DNA from: Candidatus Gottesmanbacteria bacterium
GTDB lineage: Bacteria > Patescibacteriota > Microgenomatia > UBA10105 > UBA927
Direction: 5' to 3'
Assembly: GCA_963701185.1 (NCBI GenBank)
Contig: OY969569.1
Coordinates: forward strand, 549,486 to 613,485
Length of the DNA: 64,000 bases
Part shown: positions 1-7,817 of the stretch, piece by piece
Numbering within the stretch: position 1 is the first letter of the stretch
Layout: each line of letters begins with the position of its first letter
Notes under the pieces: generated by a model
Seen by the model: the letters and a program-made list of their open reading frames with translations, nothing else
What the model was told of the DNA's origin: nothing
Database searches by the model: none
Translations under genes and position numbers: made by a program

Positions 1-178
1 AGCTAACTTGTTAAAGTTTTAAGAGATTTATCATTTGACAAAACAATCGATTGTTTGGTTCAATGGGGTTAAACACTCGGTTTGATATTTGTCAAGTTTT
101 GTGCTAGAGTGTTCAATCTGGAGCGACAGTACGGTATAAAATCGTACTTTAGAGGACATTAAAATCTTGGCTTTGATG

Positions 179-250
179 CGCCCCGCCAGAGAGTCGAACT
201 CTGAACTTAGATTTAGCATATCTGTGCTATATCCATTTAACTAGCGGGGC
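179..250 (-). tRNA. tRNA on the minus strand. My fold gives anticodon GCU (Ser) but only a 4-nt variable region, which is class-I-like, so identity is uncertain.
   Basis: A 7-bp acceptor stem GCCCCGC/GCGGGGC, a GG-containing D-loop, a T-arm CAGAG-TTCGACT-CTCTG, and an anticodon loop AUGCUAA, all read by eye on the reverse complement. Confidence 0.55.
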
Positions 251-315
251 CTATCAAAATCACGATTTTAGATGCAATAACTATACGCTTTTCGAGCGTA
301 ATTTTCAAGGTAATT

Positions 316-582
316 ATGGCTGAAGATTCTGTACCAAAAAAAATAGTTACTCTGAATGTTAAAAGCGGGACAATTATAGGTAGCACCTATTCTCAAGTTG
401 CCGGGGTTACTGTTACAGATAATGAAGTAACAATAGAGTTTGTATATATTAATCCACAAATTAGGACAGAAGGACAGACAGTTGCTCGAATCACCATGCC
501 GAGAAAATCTGCCCAAGAACTAGCAAAGATTATTCCTGAAACAATAACAAAACATGAATCTAAAAAATCTGCTTCTGAATAA
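316..582 (+). CDS. Small hypothetical protein of 88 aa in an AT-rich islet.
   Basis: An ORF with clean codon usage and low GC, immediately upstream of the DUF433 gene. I recognise no motif. Confidence 0.4.
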   Translation: MAEDSVPKKIVTLNVKSGTIIGSTYSQVAGVTVTDNEVTIEFVYINPQIRTEGQTVARITMPRKSAQELAKIIPETITKHESKKSASE

Positions 583-811
583 GTTAATTACAGTTGATCC
601 GAATATTCGTGATGGTACACCTTGTTTCAAAAACACAAGGATTCCCGTTTCCTATGTATTAAAGCATTTTAAATTAGGATGGAATATTGATGAAATAGTT
701 AAACTATTTCCAGAACTCAGTAAAAGTAAAATATCTCAAGTTTTATCTTATTTTGATCACTTAGTGGAGTATGACAAAGAAAAAATCAACAAGTGGAGAG
801 TTAACCCCTGA
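554..811 (+). CDS. DUF433-family protein, the putative antitoxin-like partner of a type II TA-like pair.
   Basis: The motif DPNIRDGTPCFKNTRIPVSYVL...GWNIDEIVKLFPELSKSKISQVLSYF matches the DUF433 pattern as I recall it. Confidence 0.65.
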   Translation: MNLKNLLLNKLITVDPNIRDGTPCFKNTRIPVSYVLKHFKLGWNIDEIVKLFPELSKSKISQVLSYFDHLVEYDKEKINKWRVNP

Positions 812-1160
812 TAAAGCTGTTTACTCTAAAATAATCTCTGAATTCCAAGCAAATGGGTGGACTATTAGGCCGATACCAAAGACTATTAGAGATACAGCAA
901 GTGATGAATATATAGCGAAAACCGTCGGTAAAGGTAGATGTGTGATGTTAACATATGACCATACAGCTTATACCCACAATGTAAAACGGGGTTTTGTGGG
1001 ATATATTGAGTATGATCCACCCGAAAAAGAAAAATTTGATAATTTTATTTTAGATTTTAGGAAAGTTAGTAAACCATTAAAAAGAAAAGATATAACTGGT
1101 TATAGATTAGTATTTAAAAATGGTAAATATGATAAACAAAAACTTCCAAAAATCAGATAA
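771..1160 (+). CDS. Hypothetical protein, possibly the DUF5615/PIN-like partner of the DUF433 gene.
   Basis: It overlaps the 3' end of the DUF433 ORF, the typical gene order for DUF433-DUF5615 pairs. The segment ASDEYIAKTVGKGRCVMLTYDHTAY loosely resembles the D..E.L..A..E.R.L.T.D.DF core. This is a weak call. Confidence 0.4.
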   Translation: MTKKKSTSGELTPDKAVYSKIISEFQANGWTIRPIPKTIRDTASDEYIAKTVGKGRCVMLTYDHTAYTHNVKRGFVGYIEYDPPEKEKFDNFILDFRKVSKPLKRKDITGYRLVFKNGKYDKQKLPKIR

Positions 1161-1266
1161 ACAACGAAGCAAATCATAAAATAAATATTTAAAAACGGGA
1201 TAATTGTCTATTTAGCCTCTTGACAGTATCAGGCGGCAACAGTACGTTAAGAGTTAGGAGGCAAAT

Positions 1267-1509
1267 ATGGCAAAAAGAAAAGTGCGTAGTGATCTCATGT
1301 CCTGGAATTTTATTCTATTTCTCACGCTCGCATTTATTCTTCTTGTCGTTGTTCTCTCTGCCATGCGCCGCCTGACGTTTGATGTCCGGTCACGCGCAGG
1401 ACTTGAATGCCCCCAGGTAATTCTTCCGCGGGCAGAAGACTGCAGCACGGGATGGGTATATAAACGAAATACGACGAATGGATGTTTGGCGTTCTTCTGT
1501 AACCCTTAA
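1267..1509 (+). CDS. Small membrane protein of 80 aa, hypothetical.
   Basis: An N-terminal hydrophobic helix (FILFLTLAFILLVVVLSA) and a Cys-containing tail. A palindrome plus T-run terminator follows it. Confidence 0.4.
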   Translation: MAKRKVRSDLMSWNFILFLTLAFILLVVVLSAMRRLTFDVRSRAGLECPQVILPRAEDCSTGWVYKRNTTNGCLAFFCNP

Positions 1510-1745
1510 ACAGCAGCCGCGGCTTTTTTGAGGTCAAATCTCACCCGTTTTATACAATTTGTACATGCACGAACGCGGGTATCGAGGCCGCCGATCTTCA
1601 TCGTGACATAGTGCAAATTCGGCGCAAAGGAGCGGAACGTTGTTTGAGCACGCTTTTTCCACTGTCCGCCGGCAACTCCGGTGTGATGCGTGTGCTGACG
1701 GCCGGCCATGGTTTTCTTGGAACAAATCTCGCATTGATACGCCAT
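1506..1745 (-). CDS. rpmB: 50S ribosomal protein L28.
   Basis: The sequence MAYQCEICSKK...RSFAPNLHYVTMKIGG...RVRACTNCIK carries the L28 hallmarks (R.F.PNL, a zinc-ribbon-like Cys pair). It is the internal Met of a longer six-frame ORF. Confidence 0.8.
   Translation of the reverse strand: MAYQCEICSKKTMAGRQHTHHTGVAGGQWKKRAQTTFRSFAPNLHYVTMKIGGLDTRVRACTNCIKRVRFDLKKAAAAV
1511..1532 (+). terminator. Rho-independent terminator-like hairpin.
   Basis: The palindrome AGCCGCGGCT is followed by TTTTTTG directly after the 1509 stop. It overlaps the convergent rpmB stop region. Confidence 0.4.
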
Positions 1746-1764
1746 AAGGGTTATACTATACCAT

Positions 1765-2370
1765 ATGTTGGACTTCGTATTCAACCTCATCGCGCTTATT
1801 GTAGCGATTGATATCCACGAATTCTCCCACGCGTGGGCAGCAGAGCGTCTGGGAGACCCTACGCCACGCCTGCAGGGCCGGTTAACCCTCAACCCGCTGG
1901 CTCACCTGGATCCTATCGGAACGATCCTATTAATTCTCGTACGTTTCGGCTGGGGTAAACCCGTCCAATTCGATCCGTTTAACCTCAGAAATCCACGCCG
2001 CGACAGCGCGCTTATCTCCCTTGCGGGTCCGGTTTCAAACATGATTGTTGCAACAATCTGTGCTTTACTTTTTCGTTTACCGATGCCGTCAGTTCTTTCC
2101 TACCTTCTTTTCATGATTCTTCAGATGAACGTGGTATTGGGCATATTTAACCTGATACCCATTCACCCCTTAGACGGGTTTAAAATCGTCGAGGGAATTC
2201 TACCCGAAGAGCAGGCACACGAGTGGCACGGGCTCGAACGGTACGGCATGATTTTCCTTATTTTTCTTCTCTTCCCTATTTTCGGCGGTGTTGCCCCAAT
2301 CCAGCGCATCATTTCCCCCGTTATTAATTTCTTTATAAGCTTTTTCCTTCCGGCAACCCCGTTGCTATAA
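1765..2370 (+). CDS. Site-2 protease family (M50-like) integral membrane zinc metalloprotease.
   Basis: An HEFSHAW (HExxH) motif sits inside a TM helix, with several further TM segments and an LDG motif, as in COG1994-type proteins. Confidence 0.75.
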   Translation: MLDFVFNLIALIVAIDIHEFSHAWAAERLGDPTPRLQGRLTLNPLAHLDPIGTILLILVRFGWGKPVQFDPFNLRNPRRDSALISLAGPVSNMIVATICALLFRLPMPSVLSYLLFMILQMNVVLGIFNLIPIHPLDGFKIVEGILPEEQAHEWHGLERYGMIFLIFLLFPIFGGVAPIQRIISPVINFFISFFLPATPLL

Positions 2371-2380
2371 CGGCCGATTT

Positions 2381-3094
2381 TTGCTATACTACAAAGGATC
2401 CACACGCAGTCATTTTTATTTTTCGCATATGATGAAGGAAAGACCTCTGGACTCAATGAAAGAATTAACAATTGCAATCCTTGCCATAAAAAAATGCTTT
2501 CAGGGTGATGCGGATTTAGTACGCGGGAGTGCTGCAGTCCATCGCGTCGAGGTTACCGAGGGTAATATGATTACCCCCCTTTCGGAAGGCAATTATAATG
2601 CCAGAATTCCTGACGGCTCCACAAAGGAAATGAATGCAATAAAACAGGCCAAAATTGTTGCATTTATGTGCGAAGATTTCCGGCAGTCACATAAGGCTGC
2701 TCGAGAATTCAACGCGGATATTGTATTCGCTTCGGCAGGCGGCGTCGTTCAGCCGGATGAGGTTCGCCGTGAGACAATGGTGAATTTAGCCCTCGCCATG
2801 CACCACGTAAATCCGAACGCAAAATTTCTATTTGCTTTCCATACGGAAGTGTGCGGCGGAGCCAAACATTTTACCGGCGGCGAAGGCGGTAAAATGGATA
2901 CAATTTACAAAAATCAGGGAGTTGCCGGCGAGCTGTTGGAAATGACCAAGTATGCCAGACGATTTGTGGCTGATTTATTGAAGGCGGGTTTTCCGGAAGA
3001 CCGTATACAACTTCACGCGGTCCATTTGCACAATGGACACTCATCCGAAGGTCATTCTCATTACATAAAGGAAATTCAGCGAATTTCTCATTAG
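2381..3094 (+). CDS. Hypothetical protein with a His-rich C-terminus.
   Basis: An ORF of 237 aa (the true start is possibly a downstream Met near 2429). I recognise no family. Confidence 0.5.
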   Translation: MLYYKGSTRSHFYFSHMMKERPLDSMKELTIAILAIKKCFQGDADLVRGSAAVHRVEVTEGNMITPLSEGNYNARIPDGSTKEMNAIKQAKIVAFMCEDFRQSHKAAREFNADIVFASAGGVVQPDEVRRETMVNLALAMHHVNPNAKFLFAFHTEVCGGAKHFTGGEGGKMDTIYKNQGVAGELLEMTKYARRFVADLLKAGFPEDRIQLHAVHLHNGHSSEGHSHYIKEIQRISH

Positions 3095-3109
3095 AAGTAC
3101 TATAGACTC

Positions 3110-3679
3110 ATGAAAGTCTATTTCACGGCTTCCATCACCGGAAAAAAACAGTATTTGCCGAACTATCTGGCAATCGTCCGATACCTCGAATCCAAAGGGT
3201 ATAAAATCCAGGCTCACCATATTCTCGATTCTACCGAATCCGAAATGCGCCTCAAAACCAGGGAGGATCGCCTGCGATTTCATAAACAGCTTGCCGCATG
3301 GATCCAGGAAGCAGATTTTATGATTGTAGAAGCTTCTTTCCCCAGTATCAGCGTCGGCTATGAGATCTCGCTTGCCCTGCAGAGCCGAAAACCTATCCTC
3401 ATCCTCTACAGTGAAGGCGACGCGCCAAACCTTTTTGCCTCATTCAGCGATGACAAACTGGTATGTGAAAAATATACCATGGAGACGGTAACAGGGCTCA
3501 TTGATGATTTCATTGGCTATGCCAACGGCGCCTGCGATACCCGTTTTACCTTTTTCATTACGCCAAAAATCGCGGTTTTTTTGGATGAGGTTTCGGTTGA
3601 AGAAAAAATTCCAAAATCCGTGTATTTACGTAAACTTATCGAAGCTCACATCCGAAGCGCCCGCGCTAAAAGCTCCTGA
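3110..3679 (+). CDS. Nucleoside 2-deoxyribosyltransferase-like (SLOG/Rossmann-like) domain fused to a C-terminal ribbon-helix-helix domain.
   Basis: The N-terminal pattern MKVYFTASITG...ADFMIVEASFPSISVGYEISLAL..KPILILY resembles the NDT/Rcl fold family. The C-terminal TFFITPKIAVFLDEVSVEEKIPKSVYLRKLIEAHI looks like a CopG/Arc-type RHH. Confidence 0.5.
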   Translation: MKVYFTASITGKKQYLPNYLAIVRYLESKGYKIQAHHILDSTESEMRLKTREDRLRFHKQLAAWIQEADFMIVEASFPSISVGYEISLALQSRKPILILYSEGDAPNLFASFSDDKLVCEKYTMETVTGLIDDFIGYANGACDTRFTFFITPKIAVFLDEVSVEEKIPKSVYLRKLIEAHIRSARAKSS

Positions 3680-3958
3680 TGCATCACGGTGATGCATTGA
3701 GTAATACCCGCCTCTCTAATATCCTATAGCTAGTTTTCTAAAACCGCCACCCATGGCCCATTTTTTGTACTCGATAAAGAGCAATATTCTGCAGGCAGTA
3801 CGCGGCACGATTTTTCTCTGGTCGAATGGGTTTCATAGTGCATGGGATCATCTTTCCCTGACGGATAAGTGCATCTGGCTGTTGTTTTTCAGCAACACCA
3901 TCGCACTTATTTCCCTACTGGAATATTTGCTTCTCGGACACCCCTAGCCCCCCCCCGC

Positions 3959-3987
3959 TTGACAACAGTTCATAATGCATTTACGAT
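3959..3987 (+). promoter_or_regulatory. Sigma70-like promoter, TTGACA-N17-TACGAT.
   Basis: A consensus -35 with a 17-nt spacer and a near-consensus -10. No downstream CDS follows before tRNA-Thr, so it may drive an ncRNA or the tRNA. Confidence 0.35.
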
Positions 3988-4238
3988 ACGTATGCCCGTG
4001 TGAGAACTTGAAGTTTAATTTTTCTCTACAAGTTCAACACAAATGAGGTAGTCCCTTAATTTTTACGGGGCAACAGGACATAGTTCTCGACTAGCTGTGG
4101 CTAGGCGGACAGTCCATCCGATTAACTCGATCGGGAAAAATGCTTCAAGTCACCGGGCGAAATAATTAAAACGCACCAACTCTCTTGACATCCCCACGAA
4201 TTGCCGTTCCCTGTGAAAGTTTAGTATAATTGGATCGT

Positions 4239-4309
4239 GCCTCCATAGCTCAGTGGCAGAGCGACGGTTTTGTAAACCGCTGATGTCAGTTCGATTCTGA
4301 CTGGGGGCT
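4239..4309 (+). tRNA. tRNA-Thr (anticodon UGU).
   Basis: Acceptor GCCTCCA/TGGGGGC, D-arm GCTCAGTGGCAGAGC, anticodon loop UUUGUAA, T-arm GTCAG-TTCGATT-CTGAC. It is preceded by TTGCCG-N18-TATAAT. Confidence 0.85.
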
Positions 4310-4597
4310 CAAAAATTTACGAAGCAACACAATCATTTCTTTTACCGCACCTTCCTCAACGTAATACGTGACAAGCCTGCCGGCTTTGGTCTTCGTTACC
4401 AACCCGGCGCCCATTAATTGTTTGAGGTGGTGGGAAAGAAGGCTCGGAGACATCTTCAGGCGGTGGGCTAGCCGTCCGAATTCCATAGGCTCCCGGATCA
4501 GTATATACAGGATAGATAACCGGCTGATATTCCCGATGGCATGGAATCGACCGGCGTGGGGTTTAACTTTATTATGCAGGGTAACCCGGGATAGCAT
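4286..4597 (-). CDS. ArsR/SmtB-family HTH transcriptional regulator.
   Basis: ISRLSILYILIREPMEFGRLAHRLKMSPSLLSHHLKQLMGAGLVTKTKAGRLVTYYV is a typical ArsR winged helix. Its last 8 codons overlap the 3' part of tRNA-Thr on the opposite strand. Confidence 0.7.
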   Translation of the reverse strand: MLSRVTLHNKVKPHAGRFHAIGNISRLSILYILIREPMEFGRLAHRLKMSPSLLSHHLKQLMGAGLVTKTKAGRLVTYYVEEGAVKEMIVLLRKFLSPQSESN

Positions 4598-4602
4598 AGA
4601 GG

Positions 4603-4914
4603 TTACGGGATAATAGTAATCGTATCCGCGTACAGCGTGTTACCGGAATATTGGCCGGTCGCGGAAACTTTTTTTCCGATGTAATCATCCAGATTCAATG
4701 TATAGGAGGCAACACCGACAGACCCTCCGGAATTGATAATTACGTGAGTAAAATCGCTTTGGGCGACCGTCGATTTCTGCAGTATCCCTGTTTTGGTAAC
4801 GGCGGCTGATGTAAACGTCTGGCCGGGAGCCGGTTTATAATAATATTTCAGCCCGATATACGCACCGGCGCCGACAATAACGAGAAAGAGTATTCCGATA
4901 AGAAATGCTTTCAT
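4603..4914 (-). CDS. Small N-terminally membrane-anchored hypothetical protein.
   Basis: A signal-anchor helix (FLIGILFLVIVGAGAYIGL) and a 103-aa ORF immediately downstream of tRNA-Tyr. Confidence 0.5.
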   Translation of the reverse strand: MKAFLIGILFLVIVGAGAYIGLKYYYKPAPGQTFTSAAVTKTGILQKSTVAQSDFTHVIINSGGSVGVASYTLNLDDYIGKKVSATGQYSGNTLYADTITIIP

Positions 4915-4919
4915 ATGTG

Positions 4920-5002
4920 TCAGGACCAGGATTCGAACCTGGGTAGCCTGTTAGGGCGACAGTTTTACAGACTGTTGCGTTTGACCGCTCCGCCATCCTG
5001 AC
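4920..5002 (-). tRNA. tRNA-Tyr (anticodon GUA), with a long variable arm.
   Basis: From the reverse complement: acceptor GTCAGGA/TCCTGAC, anticodon stem ACAGT/ACTGT with loop CUGUAAA, an extra arm, and T-arm CCAGG-TTCGAAT-CCTGG. Confidence 0.85.
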
Positions 5003-5068
5003 GTACTTTCGTATTATACCAAACTTCCCTCTTGCAATTCTGCAGAAATCCTTTTATATTACTCCTAT

Positions 5069-5572
5069 ATGGAAAACGAAGAACAATCCCCACCCATGGG
5101 AACAAAACAATATTACGTCCTCGGATTCATTGTTCTTATCGCCATCGTGATTGCCGGATATTTACTGCGCAGCAAATCAACGTCACCCGCGACAACGACG
5201 ACGCCTGTTGCAGATGTTACAGCGCCAACGCCCACACCGGGACCCATAACGAAGTTAGACTGCGATACTCAGTATTACAATCCGGTTGTCGGTTTTCCGA
5301 AATATTATCTGTCGGCAGAAGGCGGAGATATTTCCACAGCGAAAACGGTGACATGTACGTTTACGGTCACTGTCGATAACAAAGTCGTCGCCACCCAGAC
5401 TGTATCCAGTCCGCTGACGGATAAACCGCAGCGCGGAGGAAGTACGTTCCGCTGCACATCACCCGCTGTCGAGATTGCGCCCAATACGCCGGCTGTTGTC
5501 GATGTAATTCTCAAGGATGATCTCAAAGCATCCTCTACCTGCAGCTCAACATTCCTGTTCCCTGCTCCCTAA
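5069..5572 (+). CDS. Membrane-anchored or secreted hypothetical protein, Thr/Pro-rich.
   Basis: An N-terminal TM helix, a TTTTPVADVTAPTPTPGP linker, and a Cys-containing extracellular domain. Confidence 0.55.
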   Translation: MENEEQSPPMGTKQYYVLGFIVLIAIVIAGYLLRSKSTSPATTTTPVADVTAPTPTPGPITKLDCDTQYYNPVVGFPKYYLSAEGGDISTAKTVTCTFTVTVDNKVVATQTVSSPLTDKPQRGGSTFRCTSPAVEIAPNTPAVVDVILKDDLKASSTCSSTFLFPAP

Positions 5573-6549
5573 CGGAGATATTTCCCGAAGAACGTGATGT
5601 CGCGGGAAACGACGGTGCTCCAATCCGGCATCATATTGTGGTCCGCGACGGGATAGGTAAAATAGTTGATGCCCGGCATTTTCTTCACTAATTCGTCGCT
5701 CCATTTTTTGGGCACCGATTCATCTCCCGCACCCTGATGCAATTGCACCGGTCCCGTTATTCTCTCAACATAATTTGTCAGAGAATATAATTCCGTATCG
5801 TACTCTTTTTCAAAATCCGCAAGGCGCTTCCGAAGTAATTTCCCGTGATCGTCCGCCTCATCGGTGTAGTACAAAATGGAATACGGAAACGGTTTTGATA
5901 CCGGTGCCCATAACGTTGCCGGTATGGGACGACCTAATATTTCAAGCACCGTGAGTGCTATCTGCCCCCCATTACTATGCCCCCATATGCCGACCTTCAA
6001 AGGATCTGCCATCGGCAGCGACCCCACGGAGGCAAGCAAATTCAGTGCGGTCGTATATGTTTCAAACCGTTCCTCAAACACATCGGGAGAAGGCATGTCA
6101 CTCCCGCCGTATCCCAAAAAATCGGGTGCAAGAGATATAAACCCGTTCTGGGCGAAGACTTCGGCACTCCTCTGAGTCCCCTCGCCGGGAAAATATTTCT
6201 CCCGGTCCGCATATCCGCGAAATTGTACGATAACGGGAAATCTTTTATTTTCCCCATTCGGTATATGAGCAACACCCGTTACTTTTTTGCCATCACTCGT
6301 AAAGTGAAACATATATTTCGTATATGCGCTTGTTGTCGCAACCGGCTCATCAAGAATAATCTGACTGCCGGTAAATACCCGCCCACTTAAACGGAGAATC
6401 GAATATTTTTCCAGAGGCTTTTCAAAAAATTTTCCGAGGGGAGACACTGTTTGATGCGAGGAAATATAATTCTCAACTGCGCCTTTTCCGTAATATGTGC
6501 CAATGACAATGAGGGCACCGATGAAAATTCCGAGGAAGACCTTTCTCAT
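5569..6549 (-). CDS. Alpha/beta-hydrolase fold enzyme (dienelactone hydrolase / S9 peptidase-like), membrane-anchored.
   Basis: A GIWGHSNGG nucleophile elbow (GxSxG), downstream Asp and His candidates, and an N-terminal TM helix. Confidence 0.7.
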   Translation of the reverse strand: MRKVFLGIFIGALIVIGTYYGKGAVENYISSHQTVSPLGKFFEKPLEKYSILRLSGRVFTGSQIILDEPVATTSAYTKYMFHFTSDGKKVTGVAHIPNGENKRFPVIVQFRGYADREKYFPGEGTQRSAEVFAQNGFISLAPDFLGYGGSDMPSPDVFEERFETYTTALNLLASVGSLPMADPLKVGIWGHSNGGQIALTVLEILGRPIPATLWAPVSKPFPYSILYYTDEADDHGKLLRKRLADFEKEYDTELYSLTNYVERITGPVQLHQGAGDESVPKKWSDELVKKMPGINYFTYPVADHNMMPDWSTVVSRDITFFGKYLR

Positions 6550-6558
6550 GAAACCAGT

Positions 6559-7746
6559 CTACAGCACCCCTAACTCTTTTCCAACTTTGGCGAACATGGC
6601 AAGGCCGATGTCGAGGTCTTTTTTGGAATGACTTGCCGAGGGCATGACGCGGATGCGTGCGCGTCCTAAGGCGACCATAGGATATTTAATCGGCGTGGCA
6701 AACACCCCGTTTTCAAATAACTTTGCCGAAAAATTTTTGGCAAGATTTTCGTCACCGAGCATCACCGGCGTAATCGGTGTTTCGCTGTTGCCGATATCGA
6801 ACCCGAGCTTCGTAAATCCCCGTTTGAGATATTCTGCATTATCCCAGAGCTTATTGACCAGTGAGCTCGATTTCGTAAGCACTCTGATGGCTTCTATAAT
6901 TGCGGCGGTATCGGCAACCGTAAGTCCCGTTGAAAACAAAAACGGCCTACCCTTTTGTTTGTAATACTCAATGAGTTCTTTCTTTCCTGCAATCACGCCG
7001 CCCAACACGCCGAATGCCTTGGAAAATGTACCGACTTCGATATCCACTTTTCCGTGAAGATTAAAGTTATGCACAATGCCGCGTCCTCCTCCTAACACTC
7101 CTTCGCCGTGCGCATCGTCCACCATCGTAATAGCACCGTATTTTTTAGCCAACCTTACGATCGCGGGGAGGCGCGCAATATCCCCGTCCATACTAAACAC
7201 GCCGTCGGTGGCAATCATGATGATGTGTTGGCCGGGAATTTTTTTTGCTTCTTTCAGTTTTGCTTCCAGATCTCCCATGTCCCCGTGTTTGAAAATAAAT
7301 TTGTTTTTAATCTGCGCAATTTTTATGGCATCGATAATGGACGCGTGATTCAGTTCATCGGAGATAACGATGTCTTCCTTTCCCATCACGGTTTGGATGG
7401 CAACGATGTTTGCAATAAACCCGCCGGGGAGCAAGAATGCCGCTTCTGCATGTTTGAAGCGCGCAATCGCTTCCTCCGCCTGTTCATGTAACTTCAGATT
7501 TCCGGAAAGAGGACGGACAGCTCCCGGTCCGACGCCGTATTCGTGTACTGCCGCTACTACCGCATCGACCAGTCTTTTATCTGATGCAAATCCCAGATAA
7601 TTATTGGAGCAAAAATTCAAAACACGTTTCCCGTTCACCTGTAACCAGGATCCCTGCGGGGATTCAACGGTCCGGAGAGTCGTATACAACCCCTTGGCCT
7701 TCATGTCTTCAATCGTATCGTAATATGGTTTCAGCGGATCAATCAT
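6559..7746 (-). CDS. kbl: 2-amino-3-ketobutyrate CoA ligase (glycine C-acetyltransferase) / 8-amino-7-oxononanoate synthase family PLP enzyme.
   Basis: Class-II aminotransferase pattern: the motifs [22 protein letters not shown] and GTFSKAFG (PLP lysine). It sits directly upstream of a tdh-like gene. Confidence 0.8.
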   Translation of the reverse strand: MIDPLKPYYDTIEDMKAKGLYTTLRTVESPQGSWLQVNGKRVLNFCSNNYLGFASDKRLVDAVVAAVHEYGVGPGAVRPLSGNLKLHEQAEEAIARFKHAEAAFLLPGGFIANIVAIQTVMGKEDIVISDELNHASIIDAIKIAQIKNKFIFKHGDMGDLEAKLKEAKKIPGQHIIMIATDGVFSMDGDIARLPAIVRLAKKYGAITMVDDAHGEGVLGGGRGIVHNFNLHGKVDIEVGTFSKAFGVLGGVIAGKKELIEYYKQKGRPFLFSTGLTVADTAAIIEAIRVLTKSSSLVNKLWDNAEYLKRGFTKLGFDIGNSETPITPVMLGDENLAKNFSAKLFENGVFATPIKYPMVALGRARIRVMPSASHSKKDLDIGLAMFAKVGKELGVL

Positions 7747-7817
7747 AATTATTAATTTTAAATTTTCAATTTTTAATCAATTTTCAAATTACAAATTTTA
7801 AATTTCAAATTTGAGTA
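7747..7817. repeat. AT-rich intergenic tract with repeated AATTTTCAA / AAATTTCAA units.
   Basis: About five imperfect copies of the A2T3-4CAA motif between kbl and tdh, seen directly. Confidence 0.6.

Noticed and set aside
1534-1892. Overlapping minus ORFs of 66 and 128 aa, and a plus ORF at 1611-1811.
   Set aside because: The 128-aa frame contains rpmB only from its internal Met. The upstream extension and the other two are shadow frames across the rpmB and M50-protease start region.
3753-3947. 64-aa plus ORF.
   Set aside because: It lies in the terminator/spacer downstream of 3110-3679, ends in a C-run, has no motif, and is probably non-coding.
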